DNA of 64,000 nucleotides from the NCBI GenBank assembly GCA_041489155.1, contig JBGPQP010000002.1, positions 1-64,000 on the forward strand, read 5' to 3'. The position numbers were made by a program, and so were the translations under genes. The DNA is from Candidatus Aenigmatarchaeota archaeon (GTDB lineage: Archaea > Aenigmatarchaeota > Aenigmatarchaeia > QMZP01 > QMZT01). How positions within the stretch are numbered: position 1 is the first letter of the stretch; every line of letters starts with the position of its first letter. Below are positions 1 through 9,184 of the stretch, in pieces. The notes beneath the pieces were generated by a model that was not told where the DNA came from, searched no databases, and saw only the letters and a list, made by a program, of their open reading frames with translations.

Positions 1-129
1 ATGTAAAAAATCAACAACGAATAGAACTAATCTATCTTTATCTAATGGTAAATAATCTCCTTCGTACTCATTTATACTCCTAATAAAATCTTCATCGCTT
101 TTCCAATTTTTTGATATTGTCATTTTCAT
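1..129 (-). CDS. Hypothetical protein, N-terminal part only (runs off window start); AT-rich
   Basis: ATG at 129 preceded by GAGGT; open frame MKMTISKNWKSDEDFIRSINEYEGDYLPLDKDRLVLFVVDFLH to the edge; 3 nt downstream of 133..366. Confidence 0.6.
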   Translation of the reverse strand, partial: MKMTISKNWKSDEDFIRSINEYEGDYLPLDKDRLVLFVVDFLH

Positions 130-132
130 ACC

Positions 133-366
133 TCACTCCAACGAAAATTCAACTTTTGGTTTGTCAAAAAGGGATTTTACTCTTTTTACTTCCTTTTCAA
201 TAGTTGAAAAAATTTTATTGATATCCTCCTTGTTATACTGGTATGTTCCTGTATTCGCACAATTTCCAAGTAATCTGAAATCTTCGAGTATTCTTTGTGT
301 TCTAGCGGAAGCGATTCGCTTGAATTTGTCTTGTTTTGTTTCACCATCAACTTTTGGTTTGACCAT
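133..366 (-). CDS. Small helical hypothetical protein (77 aa)
   Basis: ORF with AGGTGA RBS upstream; KFKRIA..RT..IL....LLGNC pattern that I associate with small genes heading restriction/defence loci (recollection, unverified). Confidence 0.7.
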   Translation of the reverse strand: MVKPKVDGETKQDKFKRIASARTQRILEDFRLLGNCANTGTYQYNKEDINKIFSTIEKEVKRVKSLFDKPKVEFSLE

Positions 367-583
367 TTTAGTTCACCTAATGATATATAATATACATTAG
401 ATATTTAAAGCTTTCGGTTTAATGTCAATTATATAGTATTAATATCTATCTTATAGTATATTTTGTATATAAAGTTTTTGAATAGTTCCAATGAGAAAGG
501 CGGCGGCTTCCACTACATTCTTATAAAAATTCGGTGGCTCGGCTGGCTACTCCGAATTGCTTTGCAAAAAACCGTCTTACAGA

Positions 584-654
584 CTACTCCTTCATGTAAA
601 TCTCGATATTATAAAACCTCTCGAGCTTCCTCGCCGTCGCCTCGTCGGGCTTGA
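584..654 (-). pseudogene. Displaced duplicate 3' end of the aMBF1 gene
   Basis: Translates KPDEATARKLERFYNIEIYMKE*; nt 613-654 match 1804-1845 at 38/42 positions. Confidence 0.75.
613..654. repeat. Direct repeat copy 1 (42 nt; copy 2 at 1804-1845)
   Basis: aaaacctctcgagcttcctcgccgtcgcctcgtcgggcttga vs aaaacctctcgatcttccttgctatcgcctcgtcgggcttga; 18-nt identical core. Confidence 0.9.
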
Positions 655-683
655 GACGAAGAAGAACGTCTTTTCTTCGGATG

Positions 684-1334
684 TCATCTGGAGAATTTCG
701 CATCAGGATTTCCGTGCAGCTTCTGGCATGACTTGTTCCAGTACAGACAGGGAAGAATTAGCTGAAGTTCCTCTGTCGTGTAGTGAGAACTGCTTATGGT
801 ATATTCGTTTATCCATTTTTCATACATTTCCTGCGACTTGGCGTACGCCTCGCCTGCAGTTTTTCCCTTCACTATCTGCAAAGGCACTTCTATGGCGCAT
901 TCCATTACCGGGCCTGCCAGCTTGTCTTCCAGCGGATGGTTAAGACTGAATTTGTCCATGAAGAAAATGAAATAATTGTCATATCCTATGAAGGCTTCGG
1001 CACCGCATTTTCTTCCAAGTTCCTTTGCCGAATTACAGGTGAAGGAATGGACAATTCTGGATTTCAGCAGCTTTTCATTTTTCCCCACTTTTATCAGCGT
1101 TTCATCGTTCTGCCCGAATATGGAATCGTCAGAACCATGTCCGTTGAAAACCAGAAATCTCGGATTTTTAGATTTTATGTCCTTTTCGACATGCGTTCTC
1201 GTCACGTTTTTATCTCTTATCGGAATGGGGTTGATGCCGTTCTTTTCCGCTGTCTTGATTATTTTCTCGCTCCATGTACTCGCGTACTTGATAGTTATAT
1301 CAGAATCAGGCAATGTTATCAGCATGGCGTTCAC
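684..1334 (-). CDS. Putative clan CD (caspase/gingipain/CHAT-like) cysteine peptidase, cytoplasmic
   Basis: Strand-His-Gly motif FLVFNGHG (H66) and strand-Cys motif VHSFTC (C100); no signal peptide. Confidence 0.6.
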   Translation of the reverse strand: MNAMLITLPDSDITIKYASTWSEKIIKTAEKNGINPIPIRDKNVTRTHVEKDIKSKNPRFLVFNGHGSDDSIFGQNDETLIKVGKNEKLLKSRIVHSFTCNSAKELGRKCGAEAFIGYDNYFIFFMDKFSLNHPLEDKLAGPVMECAIEVPLQIVKGKTAGEAYAKSQEMYEKWINEYTISSSHYTTEELQLILPCLYWNKSCQKLHGNPDAKFSR

Positions 1335-1537
1335 TGTTTTTTGAAAGACCTGAGATATGAAAGTTGCATCTCTATGATGCTTTCTCCTATGCTGTCTTCT
1401 TTTTTGACATGATCTATAAGTTCATTCCTATTCATCGGTTTGCCGGAAAATCCTATTGAAAGCAGTGCGTTATCCGGTATCGCTCTCAAACGGGCGATTA
1501 CAAGTTCTTTTTCTTCTTTCGTTGTCATAATTATCAT
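1331..1537 (-). CDS. Small hypothetical protein (68 aa), probable paralogue of 1534..1728
   Basis: 4-nt overlaps with both neighbours; shared pattern with the next ORF. Confidence 0.75.
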   Translation of the reverse strand: MIIMTTKEEKELVIARLRAIPDNALLSIGFSGKPMNRNELIDHVKKEDSIGESIIEMQLSYLRSFKKQ

Positions 1538-1728
1538 ATTATCTTTAGTTTTATAAGTATATCAAGTATTTTTTTGCCTTTTTCAGTGTCGTGGGCTATT
1601 TCCTGATGAGCCACGTTCCAAGTGATTGGTTCGTCGTCAATTACCGCGATTATTTCCCCTCTTAATTTTAGGGGCAGGTTAGAATAAACGCGCATGAATC
1701 TCGAGATGTCCATAAACTTCACTGACAC
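1534..1728 (-). CDS. Small hypothetical protein (64 aa)
   Basis: First gene of a coupled three-gene unit; AT-rich TATA-like region upstream. Confidence 0.75.
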   Translation of the reverse strand: MSVKFMDISRFMRVYSNLPLKLRGEIIAVIDDEPITWNVAHQEIAHDTEKGKKILDILIKLKII

Positions 1729-1771
1729 TTTCTATATTATATAATTGGGATATGTATGATAAAAATCTATT

Positions 1772-2152
1772 CTAGTGGGTTTGTTGGTAAAGGCTAACCC
1801 CAAAAAACCTCTCGATCTTCCTTGCTATCGCCTCGTCGGGCTTGAAGCCCGACTCGATGCGCTTGTAGACGAGATGCGAAATCCCGATTTTCATCGCTGC
1901 TTCGTCCTGGGTGAGATTGGCTTTTTCTCGCGCTTTTCTTATTCTGGCTGAGAAATCATTCGCTAGTTCTCGCTCGCTCTCGATGGACTCAGGCCTCGGC
2001 GCTCTCGCTGCTCTGGGAATGAAAACAGGCCTTGGCGGTGCGACTTCCTTGCCGAGCTTCGCGCATTTGTCGCAGACCTCGAGAATGACGCCGTCGATTT
2101 CCGCGCGCTTGGAAAACTCAACGCTTTTGCCGCAGACCTCGCATTCGGCCAT
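1772..2152 (-). CDS. mbf1: Archaeal multiprotein bridging factor aMBF1 (Zn ribbon + Cro-like HTH)
   Basis: CEVCG...CDKC Zn ribbon; IRKAREKANLTQDEAA HTH; start taken at MAECEVC. Confidence 0.9.
   Translation of the reverse strand: MAECEVCGKSVEFSKRAEIDGVILEVCDKCAKLGKEVAPPRPVFIPRAARAPRPESIESERELANDFSARIRKAREKANLTQDEAAMKIGISHLVYKRIESGFKPDEAIARKIERFFGVSLYQQTH
1804..1845. repeat. Direct repeat copy 2, inside the aMBF1 3' end
   Basis: 38/42 identity with 613-654. Confidence 0.9.
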
Positions 2153-2180
2153 AGAAATGCGCACTCGCTTCCGCTAAAGC

Positions 2181-3323
2181 TTAGTATGCGATACCCACCT
2201 TGACGTTCGAGATGTCCCAGCTGCCCGTGCCACTGAAAGCGATGGTGTTAGCGCCTTCGAAAACATCGCTGTTCGCGAAATCGACCGTGTTTTTCCCCTC
2301 TCTCACGGTCTGCAAGCTCAGCTGGTTGCTGTTTATCTTTATGTTAAGGACTCCTTGGCGATAAACGCTGTCGACATCAAATTCGATTCTTCCTTTGCCG
2401 TTCCCTGCCAGCAGGTTCTTGTCAGCCTTGGTCAGATTAAAATCTCTTTCTTTCGTTGCCGAGCCGCTGGCGAGGCGTATGATGAACTCGACATCGCTCA
2501 GTTCTAACGAACCCGTAGATTTGAACGAAAGCACGTTATCGCCGATGCGTATCGCATTCCCTATCTCAGAATACTGGTATTCCTTGGTAACCAAGGAATC
2601 AGGGCTGGTGGCGCTGTATATTGCCTGGCCGTTGAGCTTTATCGTGAGCTGCGCGCCCTCTGCCTTGTTGGTGTAGAAGCGCAGCACGCCCTTGTTCCAT
2701 CCCTCGATTTCAGTCGGGTAAATCTTGAAGCTGGCGAATTTCTCCGGCCCGTATTCGGCTGCGACAGCGAAATCCTGTAGGACATATGAAGTCGCGGCCC
2801 AGAAGTAAAGGCCAGGCGTCGCTGCTGTTAACTCGAGTGTGTTCGAATCCTTGACGTCTTCCGGCGGGATGACGACGTCGTAATGGTTGAGATTCGCCAG
2901 CTTGTCGAAGACGACTTTTTCGTTCCACTTGATTATGAGGTTGCCATAAAGATTGGTTTCGCCCATGCCAAACGAAATTTTCACGTCCTTTATGTTGTTC
3001 AGGACGTTCTGGTCGACGGCGATGTCGAATTTCTTCGGGTCGCTGCCGAAATAGCCCTGGCTGACAGCGAGGCTCGACATTTCTTTCAGCGCTTGCTCCT
3101 GGTCCTGGCCCAGGGTGAAGGAGCCGAATTTCAGCGTCCTCGAGACTTCTGTGTCGGACAAGCCGACTTTGCCCAAATCAAAAGAAGCAAGGGATTTGTA
3201 GTTGCCGGTCACGCCTCCGGTGGTCCAGTTGCCCTCCGCCCAGTTGGCGAGAGGCGTCCCTACGACCATCAGGCCGCCTATTATCACGACGGCAAGTATG
3301 AGCAAAACGACGAACTCGTCCAT
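2181..3323 (-). CDS. N-terminally anchored, beta-rich extracellular hypothetical protein
   Basis: 380-aa ORF with a hydrophobic N-terminus and beta-strand-rich body. Confidence 0.75.
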   Translation of the reverse strand: MDEFVVLLILAVVIIGGLMVVGTPLANWAEGNWTTGGVTGNYKSLASFDLGKVGLSDTEVSRTLKFGSFTLGQDQEQALKEMSSLAVSQGYFGSDPKKFDIAVDQNVLNNIKDVKISFGMGETNLYGNLIIKWNEKVVFDKLANLNHYDVVIPPEDVKDSNTLELTAATPGLYFWAATSYVLQDFAVAAEYGPEKFASFKIYPTEIEGWNKGVLRFYTNKAEGAQLTIKLNGQAIYSATSPDSLVTKEYQYSEIGNAIRIGDNVLSFKSTGSLELSDVEFIIRLASGSATKERDFNLTKADKNLLAGNGKGRIEFDVDSVYRQGVLNIKINSNQLSLQTVREGKNTVDFANSDVFEGANTIAFSGTGSWDISNVKVGIAY

Positions 3324-3426
3324 ATTAAATCTTATTGGGAGATTGCTTTAAATCTTTATTTTACCTCTAGCGGAATAGATAAGCAAACAGGCAAAGAAAC
3401 AGACGGACAAAGGCGTGCGATAGGGT

Positions 3427-4431
3427 ATGAAGATAATCACCAAGAACATCAGGGAGCAGATTGTAAAGGTGCAAGTCGAAACGCTCGAGGACCTCTGGCA
3501 TCTCGAGCACGTCCTGGAGCTGGGCGATTTGGTTACCGCCAGGACGCTCAGGAAAGCGTCCGTCAAGAGCGGAGGCGAATACGAATACGCGGACAAACGC
3601 CCTATGATTCTTACGATAAGGCTGGAGAAGATGGAATTCAAGCGCGATTCTGGCGTTCTCAGGCTGAACGGGCCGATTGTCGAAGGGCCTGACGACGTGC
3701 CGAAGCAGTCGCACCATTCGATGCAGATAGACGTGAACGATACGCTGACGATAAGAAAGGCTAGATGGAAGGCCTACCAGCTCGACAGGCTGGAGAAGGC
3801 AAGAGTGGCGAAAGCGAAACTTCTGGTTTGCGTACTGGACAGGGAGGAGGCGGACTTCGCCATGCTGAAGGAATCGGGCATAGAGATGAAGGCGAGCATA
3901 GAGAACTACAACAAGGAGAACATGGAAGAGTATTATGAAAAGATAATCTCGTATCTCAGAGGCCAGGAGGTCCAGACCATCGTCGTCGCCGGGCCGGGCT
4001 TCGAGCGCGAGAATCTGCTGAAGTATGTGAACTCCAAGGATAAGGACCTCGCTCGCAAAATCATTCTCGAGCATTCTAGTGCGACTGGCATAAACGGCGT
4101 GCATGAAATCCTGAAAAAATCCGCGAACAGGATTCTGAAGGAAACGAGGATCGCGAAGGAAAGCGAATACGTAAACGAAATCCTGAGGCGCATGAAAACC
4201 GAGGGCCTCGTCGTCTACGGGCCGAACGAGACCGCGAAGGCGATTGAAGCCGGTGCAATCGAGACGCTCTTCGTCTCGCAGGAGAAGCTCAGCGAATTCG
4301 AGAAGCTCATGGAGGCCGAGGAGAAGATGCGAGGACGGATTGTGATAATCGGCAGCGACCACGAACTGGGCGGGCAGTTCCTGCATCTGGGCGGCATCGC
4401 CGGTTTCCTGAGGTTCAAGGCCGAGTTCTGA
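3427..4431 (+). CDS. pelA: mRNA surveillance protein pelota
   Basis: EDLWHL N-terminal motif, eRF1-like domains, C-terminal LGGIAGFLRF. Confidence 0.95.
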   Translation: MKIITKNIREQIVKVQVETLEDLWHLEHVLELGDLVTARTLRKASVKSGGEYEYADKRPMILTIRLEKMEFKRDSGVLRLNGPIVEGPDDVPKQSHHSMQIDVNDTLTIRKARWKAYQLDRLEKARVAKAKLLVCVLDREEADFAMLKESGIEMKASIENYNKENMEEYYEKIISYLRGQEVQTIVVAGPGFERENLLKYVNSKDKDLARKIILEHSSATGINGVHEILKKSANRILKETRIAKESEYVNEILRRMKTEGLVVYGPNETAKAIEAGAIETLFVSQEKLSEFEKLMEAEEKMRGRIVIIGSDHELGGQFLHLGGIAGFLRFKAEF

Positions 4432-7400
4432 CGAACCCGAAATATATCAAACCTGCCAGCAAAACCAGCACCATCGCTGCTGCATCGCTGAGCTCGGAGA
4501 AGTTGGGCGGGAAGCCCACCATGACTCTTATCGTGTCCTGGTCCGTAAGCCAAAGGTCGCTCTGCGAGCTCCCTACCAGCATGAGGTCGAAGTCGCTGGC
4601 CTGGGAGATTATCCTCGCGTATATCGTCTTCTCTTCCATGGGATTGAGGACGATGCTCTGGGTAGGCGAGCTGGTTTCCACGAACTTGCCGAAGCTTGAC
4701 AAGAGTTGCAGCGTGATGTTGTCATAGGCGTTCTGAATGTTGCGTATCTCTATCGCCACCAGCTCTATCGAGCCGAGTACCATCCTGAACTCGTCGAAGG
4801 CGAGGAAGTTGCACAGCGGGTGATAATATACCAGATAATAGAAATACCCGGCCGGCGCGTTTGGCGGGAGGAACTCCTTCGTGCTCGCATTCTCCGCGAA
4901 GATGTAATAATCGACCTCCATTATGTTCTGCGCCTCGGTGACGTTTATGGTTATCGACGCGTTGCAACTCCTGGTGTTCATACATGAGATCGAAAGCCAA
5001 GATGAAGTCTTGCCGAGCGTGTGGTTGGAATAATATACGGTTATGTTGAGGTTCTCCGTTATGCCTTCCTTCGCGTTGACGCTTATTATCACTTTCCTGT
5101 TGTTCGCAACCTTGCCGCCGTTCCTCACCTGGGCCTTTGTCGAGTTCTCCGTGACGTAGAAGGTGACAAGCTTGGGTATGTATATGGTCACGTTGGTTTC
5201 CCAGTTTGACTTGACCTCGTAGTTGCCTGCGTTGTCGAGGGCGATGGCCTTGAAAAAGTACGTGTAGTTGTTCGGGTCGTTTACCCACCACGTCTGTACC
5301 GCAGTGTCAAAGCCGAAAGTGTTTAATTTTGTGCACTTGCCGTCCGGGAAGGTCACGTTATACTGGTCCTCGGCGCAGATGCCTGACGTCTTGTCGCAGT
5401 ACCAGAATGTCACGTAATAGCATCTGACACCGCTGTGCGCGTCGCTGCCCGTCCATGCTATGTTGAAGAGCTTGCTCATGACGAATGATCCTTTCGCCGG
5501 CTGGGTCATCTGAGAACTGGGACTTATGTGATCTATGCCCACCCTCAAGACAGTTTGCTGCGCGATGTTGCCCATGGTGTCGTTGGCCCATATCCTGAAG
5601 GTGTAGTTCCCCGATGAGACAGAAGTTACAATGAAGGTGGCGGTGTAGTTGCTATATGCGTCTAAAGTCATCGAAATCCATGTCCCGTTGTTGGTCGCGT
5701 TCTCCCAGTGGTAGCGAACCATGCTGAGGCCCTGGTTGTCAGTGACTCTTGCCTTCACCTCGAAATTGGTCCTGTACCAGCCGGGAACCGGGGTGAAAGT
5801 GGTTATGTTGGGAGGCTGCCTGTCTACCATGACGTTGGTGACCACGGCCTGACCCACGTTGCCGACGGCGTCGCTCGCGTTGACCCTTACCGAGTAAATG
5901 CCATCAGAGACCAAATCGACGTCGAAATTCGCCGTGTAATCGTTCCCGCTTTTAGCCATCTGGACCCATGCGCCCGTGCTGCTGGAATTTTCCCAGCGGT
6001 AATAGACATTGCCCACCGCCGAATACGTGTCGGTGACGGTCGCGCTGACAGGGAAATCGAGGTTGTAGATGTCACCTTGCTTCGGATGATTTATGGTGAT
6101 GGCAGGCCCTGATTTGTCGAGATAGAACTGCCTGTCCGTGTTGTCGAACTTCAGGTTCCAGCCGCTGCCCGGCGCGGGCACGAAATCCGACCACAGGCCG
6201 CAGTAGTCCACGCTCCATAGACCTTCGGGGTCGTTTGCCTTGAAAACATAAGAATACGTCACATCCATGCCCCAGTTGTTGAAGTATAAGGAATAGCCGT
6301 TCGGCTCGACAATCTTGCATTCGGAAAGGATAGTGAAACCCGAGGGGCTCCTGGTGACGCCGCTGAGGCTTATTGCCATTGTGTACCCCACGCCGTAAGA
6401 GCCTGCGGGATAAACGTAAGAAGACCAGTCGCCCGTGACCTGCGTGGAGGCTCCGCCTAGCGTGCATGACGTGAGACTTGCGCTGCATATCGAGCTGGCG
6501 GCGCATTTGTATGCTCCTGTCCTGCCGCAGTTGGAGTTGACCCAAACTCTTTCCGCATTCGCTCCCGGCGAAGGCGTTACGCATGTGAGAAGGCATCCTC
6601 CGCTTGGATAGCAGTTGCCATTGTTTGCGTCGCATATGCCAGTAACATACCAGCAGGCTTCTCCGCATTGTTTTCCCTGACAGGCATTTGTCTCAAGGTG
6701 GAAGGCGTTGCTCTGCTTTACCGATTCCACGTTGTTCGCGTTGTCATTCGAATAATAACAGACCTTCAGGTCGCATGTCTGCCCGAAGGGGCAGGTAACG
6801 CTGTCCTGAACGGAGCCTGCGTTCTTTACCGTGTAGCCGGTGGTGCCGCAGCTGTCCGTGGAACTGATAATCTTGTAATACGTCTTGTCGCAGCCCGAGC
6901 CTCCGGTGTCGGCGCACGTGAGAGTGAACTGGGTCGTGTTGTAGCCGGTGTAATCGCCGCCGTTGGGCGCTATGGACGTGACAGGCGCAGTCGTGTCCCT
7001 CCATGTGCCGCTGACGCAGGTCGCTCCCGACACGCCTGGCAATGCGTCCCCGCTGTTGTAGCATACGCTGCTGTACACGCAGTCCGTCGTCTGGTCGCAG
7101 CACGCGTCGTCGGCCGCAGAGGTCGTGCAGGCATAACCGTCGCATGCCCTGCTTCTAACGTATTCGCCGCTGTCGTCGCCGCAGCAGTTGGCTATGCCGC
7201 CGATACTCCATCTTCCCGCGCCCACAATAGCGTTGCAGGCGGTCTGCGAATCGTCTCCTCCCTCCCACGTGCCTGAGCTGCAGTAAGCCCTGTTCGGAAT
7301 GGCAGGCGAAGATGTCTGGCCAGAAGCTATACATTCATAGTTGTAACTGCACTTTCCAGAACCGCAGCATGCTGTAATTCCGTTTTTATAGTCCGCAGGC

Positions 7401-9184
7401 GCGTCTGTTGCGCCTTTTTCTATCGTGTAATACTCGCCGGCATCGTCGCCGCAGCAGGTTGTCGCATCTATTTCTCCTCCTAAATTATAACCTATTCCTC
7501 CGTCCCCTGGTGTAATGTCACAGCTTGCTTTACAACGACTCTGACTGATATCAGGATCGTACCATCCGCTTGCACTTGCAGTTACTGCACCACAATAGGA
7601 ATTACCAAAAACCCCACTTCCGTAACACTCCCCAATAGTCCTACAATCTCCATTCTGGTCAACACAGTCATCATACGCATCACAGCAAGCTGTTGTGTCT
7701 GAACCGCAGTCGCCTTGAGGCGACATATCAGAACATGTTTCTATGTACTCATTTGAATCGTCTTCGCAGCAAAGGTCGTTGGGCCACGACGAGGCATCTC
7801 CTTCGAGATACCAGTGGCCTGAGCCCTGGCATTGCGCGCATCTGACATCGCCGTTGTCCTGGTCCTGCCATGCGCCGTTAACGCATACCGCATCATTTCT
7901 GCAATATCCATCAGCATAACAACCACCGTCATCAACGCAGTCGCTTGAAGTATTGCAGCACACCTCAGTGTCGCCGGAACAGGAGAAAGATTCCGGGGTG
8001 TTGCCGCTCACCGAGCATGTACGTCTATACTCGCTGCTGTCGTCGCCGCAGCATGCGGTAGCAGCTACCTCTCCTCCGAGATTCCAGTTGTTGGCGCCGC
8101 CGGTTATCGCGCTGCAGGCAGCAGTAGAAGCATCACCGCCATACCAGTAAGTTGCGCTGCACCAGGCTCTGGACGGAATCGAGCCCCTCGCGCTGCCAGA
8201 TGCCGTGCATGTGTCATCATCCGCGCATTTATTGCCAGCATCGCAACAGGCGGTATCGCCGCTGTTATAACCGGCGGGAGCGTCGGTAGAGCTGTGCTCG
8301 GTTATCACATGCTCCCAATCCTCATCGCCGCAACATTCGTAGGGCGAGGCTTCTCCACCTAGACTCCACCTTCCCCCGCCTGCGCAGGTATCGCAGTAGT
8401 TGGAATTGTAGTCGGAATCGTACCATGTCCCTGCATTACAATAGGCGTCGTCCGAATAGCATGTTTGAGTGCTGTAACAGTTTGAATTATAAACACACTT
8501 GTTTTGGGCATTGCAGCATGCGTCATCCCCTGAATCACTGGAGCACCATGAGGCGCAGCTCCTTGTATTCCTGTACTGGCCACTTTCATCACCGCAGCAT
8601 GTGCTTCTGTCAACCTCGCCGCCTATGTTCCAATAGACAGGCTGGCCTCTCGCGTTGCAATCGTTGCAATAAGCGGACGAGGTATCCAAGTCTCTGTCAT
8701 CCACGCCGCAGTAGCCTCCCCACGAATTGGTTTTGCAGCTCCAGTCATCATAATTACAGTTGCTTGTTGGGCAGTCTGCATTGGGGTCACAGCGGTCAGT
8801 CCCTGCTTCGCCTCCATCGATTCCACAGTCATAGGCGGTTGACGAACAAGCATGTGCACCCTCGTAATACTCTGTCAAGGTGTCACCAGAACATTCATCT
8901 TGTCGTTGATTAGAACCTATCGGTGTGCCACCGCAGTATGAGGTATCCATTGTGATGATACAGTCGTAGTAGGTCTCAGTGCAAATTCCAGGGTCCTGCG
9001 GGTTGTCTCCTGTAAAATGAAAGCCGTCTGTGTCAGTGTCTGACACCATTGTACAATCCTCCCAAGAATTGGCACAGGGGTCTCCGGGATCCGCGATGAC
9101 AGAGTAAAAACCTGCAAACAAAACGAAAAGGCAAAAGGAAACTATCAAAAATGTTGTGTTTTTTTCTGGGATTTTTTTGTTCAT
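4415..9184 (-). CDS. Large secreted Cys-rich repeat surface protein with Ig-like domains and C-terminal TM anchor (1589 aa)
   Basis: Signal peptide; six W/Y-x-[LI]-GG...CC[GE]D[DE]..Y repeats; D-x-x-GN Ig-like repeats; C-terminal TM plus basic tail. Confidence 0.85.
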   Translation of the reverse strand: MNKKIPEKNTTFLIVSFCLFVLFAGFYSVIADPGDPCANSWEDCTMVSDTDTDGFHFTGDNPQDPGICTETYYDCIITMDTSYCGGTPIGSNQRQDECSGDTLTEYYEGAHACSSTAYDCGIDGGEAGTDRCDPNADCPTSNCNYDDWSCKTNSWGGYCGVDDRDLDTSSAYCNDCNARGQPVYWNIGGEVDRSTCCGDESGQYRNTRSCASWCSSDSGDDACCNAQNKCVYNSNCYSTQTCYSDDAYCNAGTWYDSDYNSNYCDTCAGGGRWSLGGEASPYECCGDEDWEHVITEHSSTDAPAGYNSGDTACCDAGNKCADDDTCTASGSARGSIPSRAWCSATYWYGGDASTAACSAITGGANNWNLGGEVAATACCGDDSSEYRRTCSVSGNTPESFSCSGDTEVCCNTSSDCVDDGGCYADGYCRNDAVCVNGAWQDQDNGDVRCAQCQGSGHWYLEGDASSWPNDLCCEDDSNEYIETCSDMSPQGDCGSDTTACCDAYDDCVDQNGDCRTIGECYGSGVFGNSYCGAVTASASGWYDPDISQSRCKASCDITPGDGGIGYNLGGEIDATTCCGDDAGEYYTIEKGATDAPADYKNGITACCGSGKCSYNYECIASGQTSSPAIPNRAYCSSGTWEGGDDSQTACNAIVGAGRWSIGGIANCCGDDSGEYVRSRACDGYACTTSAADDACCDQTTDCVYSSVCYNSGDALPGVSGATCVSGTWRDTTAPVTSIAPNGGDYTGYNTTQFTLTCADTGGSGCDKTYYKIISSTDSCGTTGYTVKNAGSVQDSVTCPFGQTCDLKVCYYSNDNANNVESVKQSNAFHLETNACQGKQCGEACWYVTGICDANNGNCYPSGGCLLTCVTPSPGANAERVWVNSNCGRTGAYKCAASSICSASLTSCTLGGASTQVTGDWSSYVYPAGSYGVGYTMAISLSGVTRSPSGFTILSECKIVEPNGYSLYFNNWGMDVTYSYVFKANDPEGLWSVDYCGLWSDFVPAPGSGWNLKFDNTDRQFYLDKSGPAITINHPKQGDIYNLDFPVSATVTDTYSAVGNVYYRWENSSSTGAWVQMAKSGNDYTANFDVDLVSDGIYSVRVNASDAVGNVGQAVVTNVMVDRQPPNITTFTPVPGWYRTNFEVKARVTDNQGLSMVRYHWENATNNGTWISMTLDAYSNYTATFIVTSVSSGNYTFRIWANDTMGNIAQQTVLRVGIDHISPSSQMTQPAKGSFVMSKLFNIAWTGSDAHSGVRCYYVTFWYCDKTSGICAEDQYNVTFPDGKCTKLNTFGFDTAVQTWWVNDPNNYTYFFKAIALDNAGNYEVKSNWETNVTIYIPKLVTFYVTENSTKAQVRNGGKVANNRKVIISVNAKEGITENLNITVYYSNHTLGKTSSWLSISCMNTRSCNASITINVTEAQNIMEVDYYIFAENASTKEFLPPNAPAGYFYYLVYYHPLCNFLAFDEFRMVLGSIELVAIEIRNIQNAYDNITLQLLSSFGKFVETSSPTQSIVLNPMEEKTIYARIISQASDFDLMLVGSSQSDLWLTDQDTIRVMVGFPPNFSELSDAAAMVLVLLAGLIYFGFVRTRP

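Noticed and set aside
3367..4386. Long antisense or alternate-frame ORFs (e.g. 3367..4386, 15044..16276, 42707..43447, 55999..57303)
   Set aside because: They shadow well-supported genes, have no motifs, and are expected from GC-rich third positions.
4415..9184. Diversity-generating retroelement target
   Set aside because: No reverse transcriptase and no adenine-specific TR/VR pair were seen; the repeats are protein-level and diverged.
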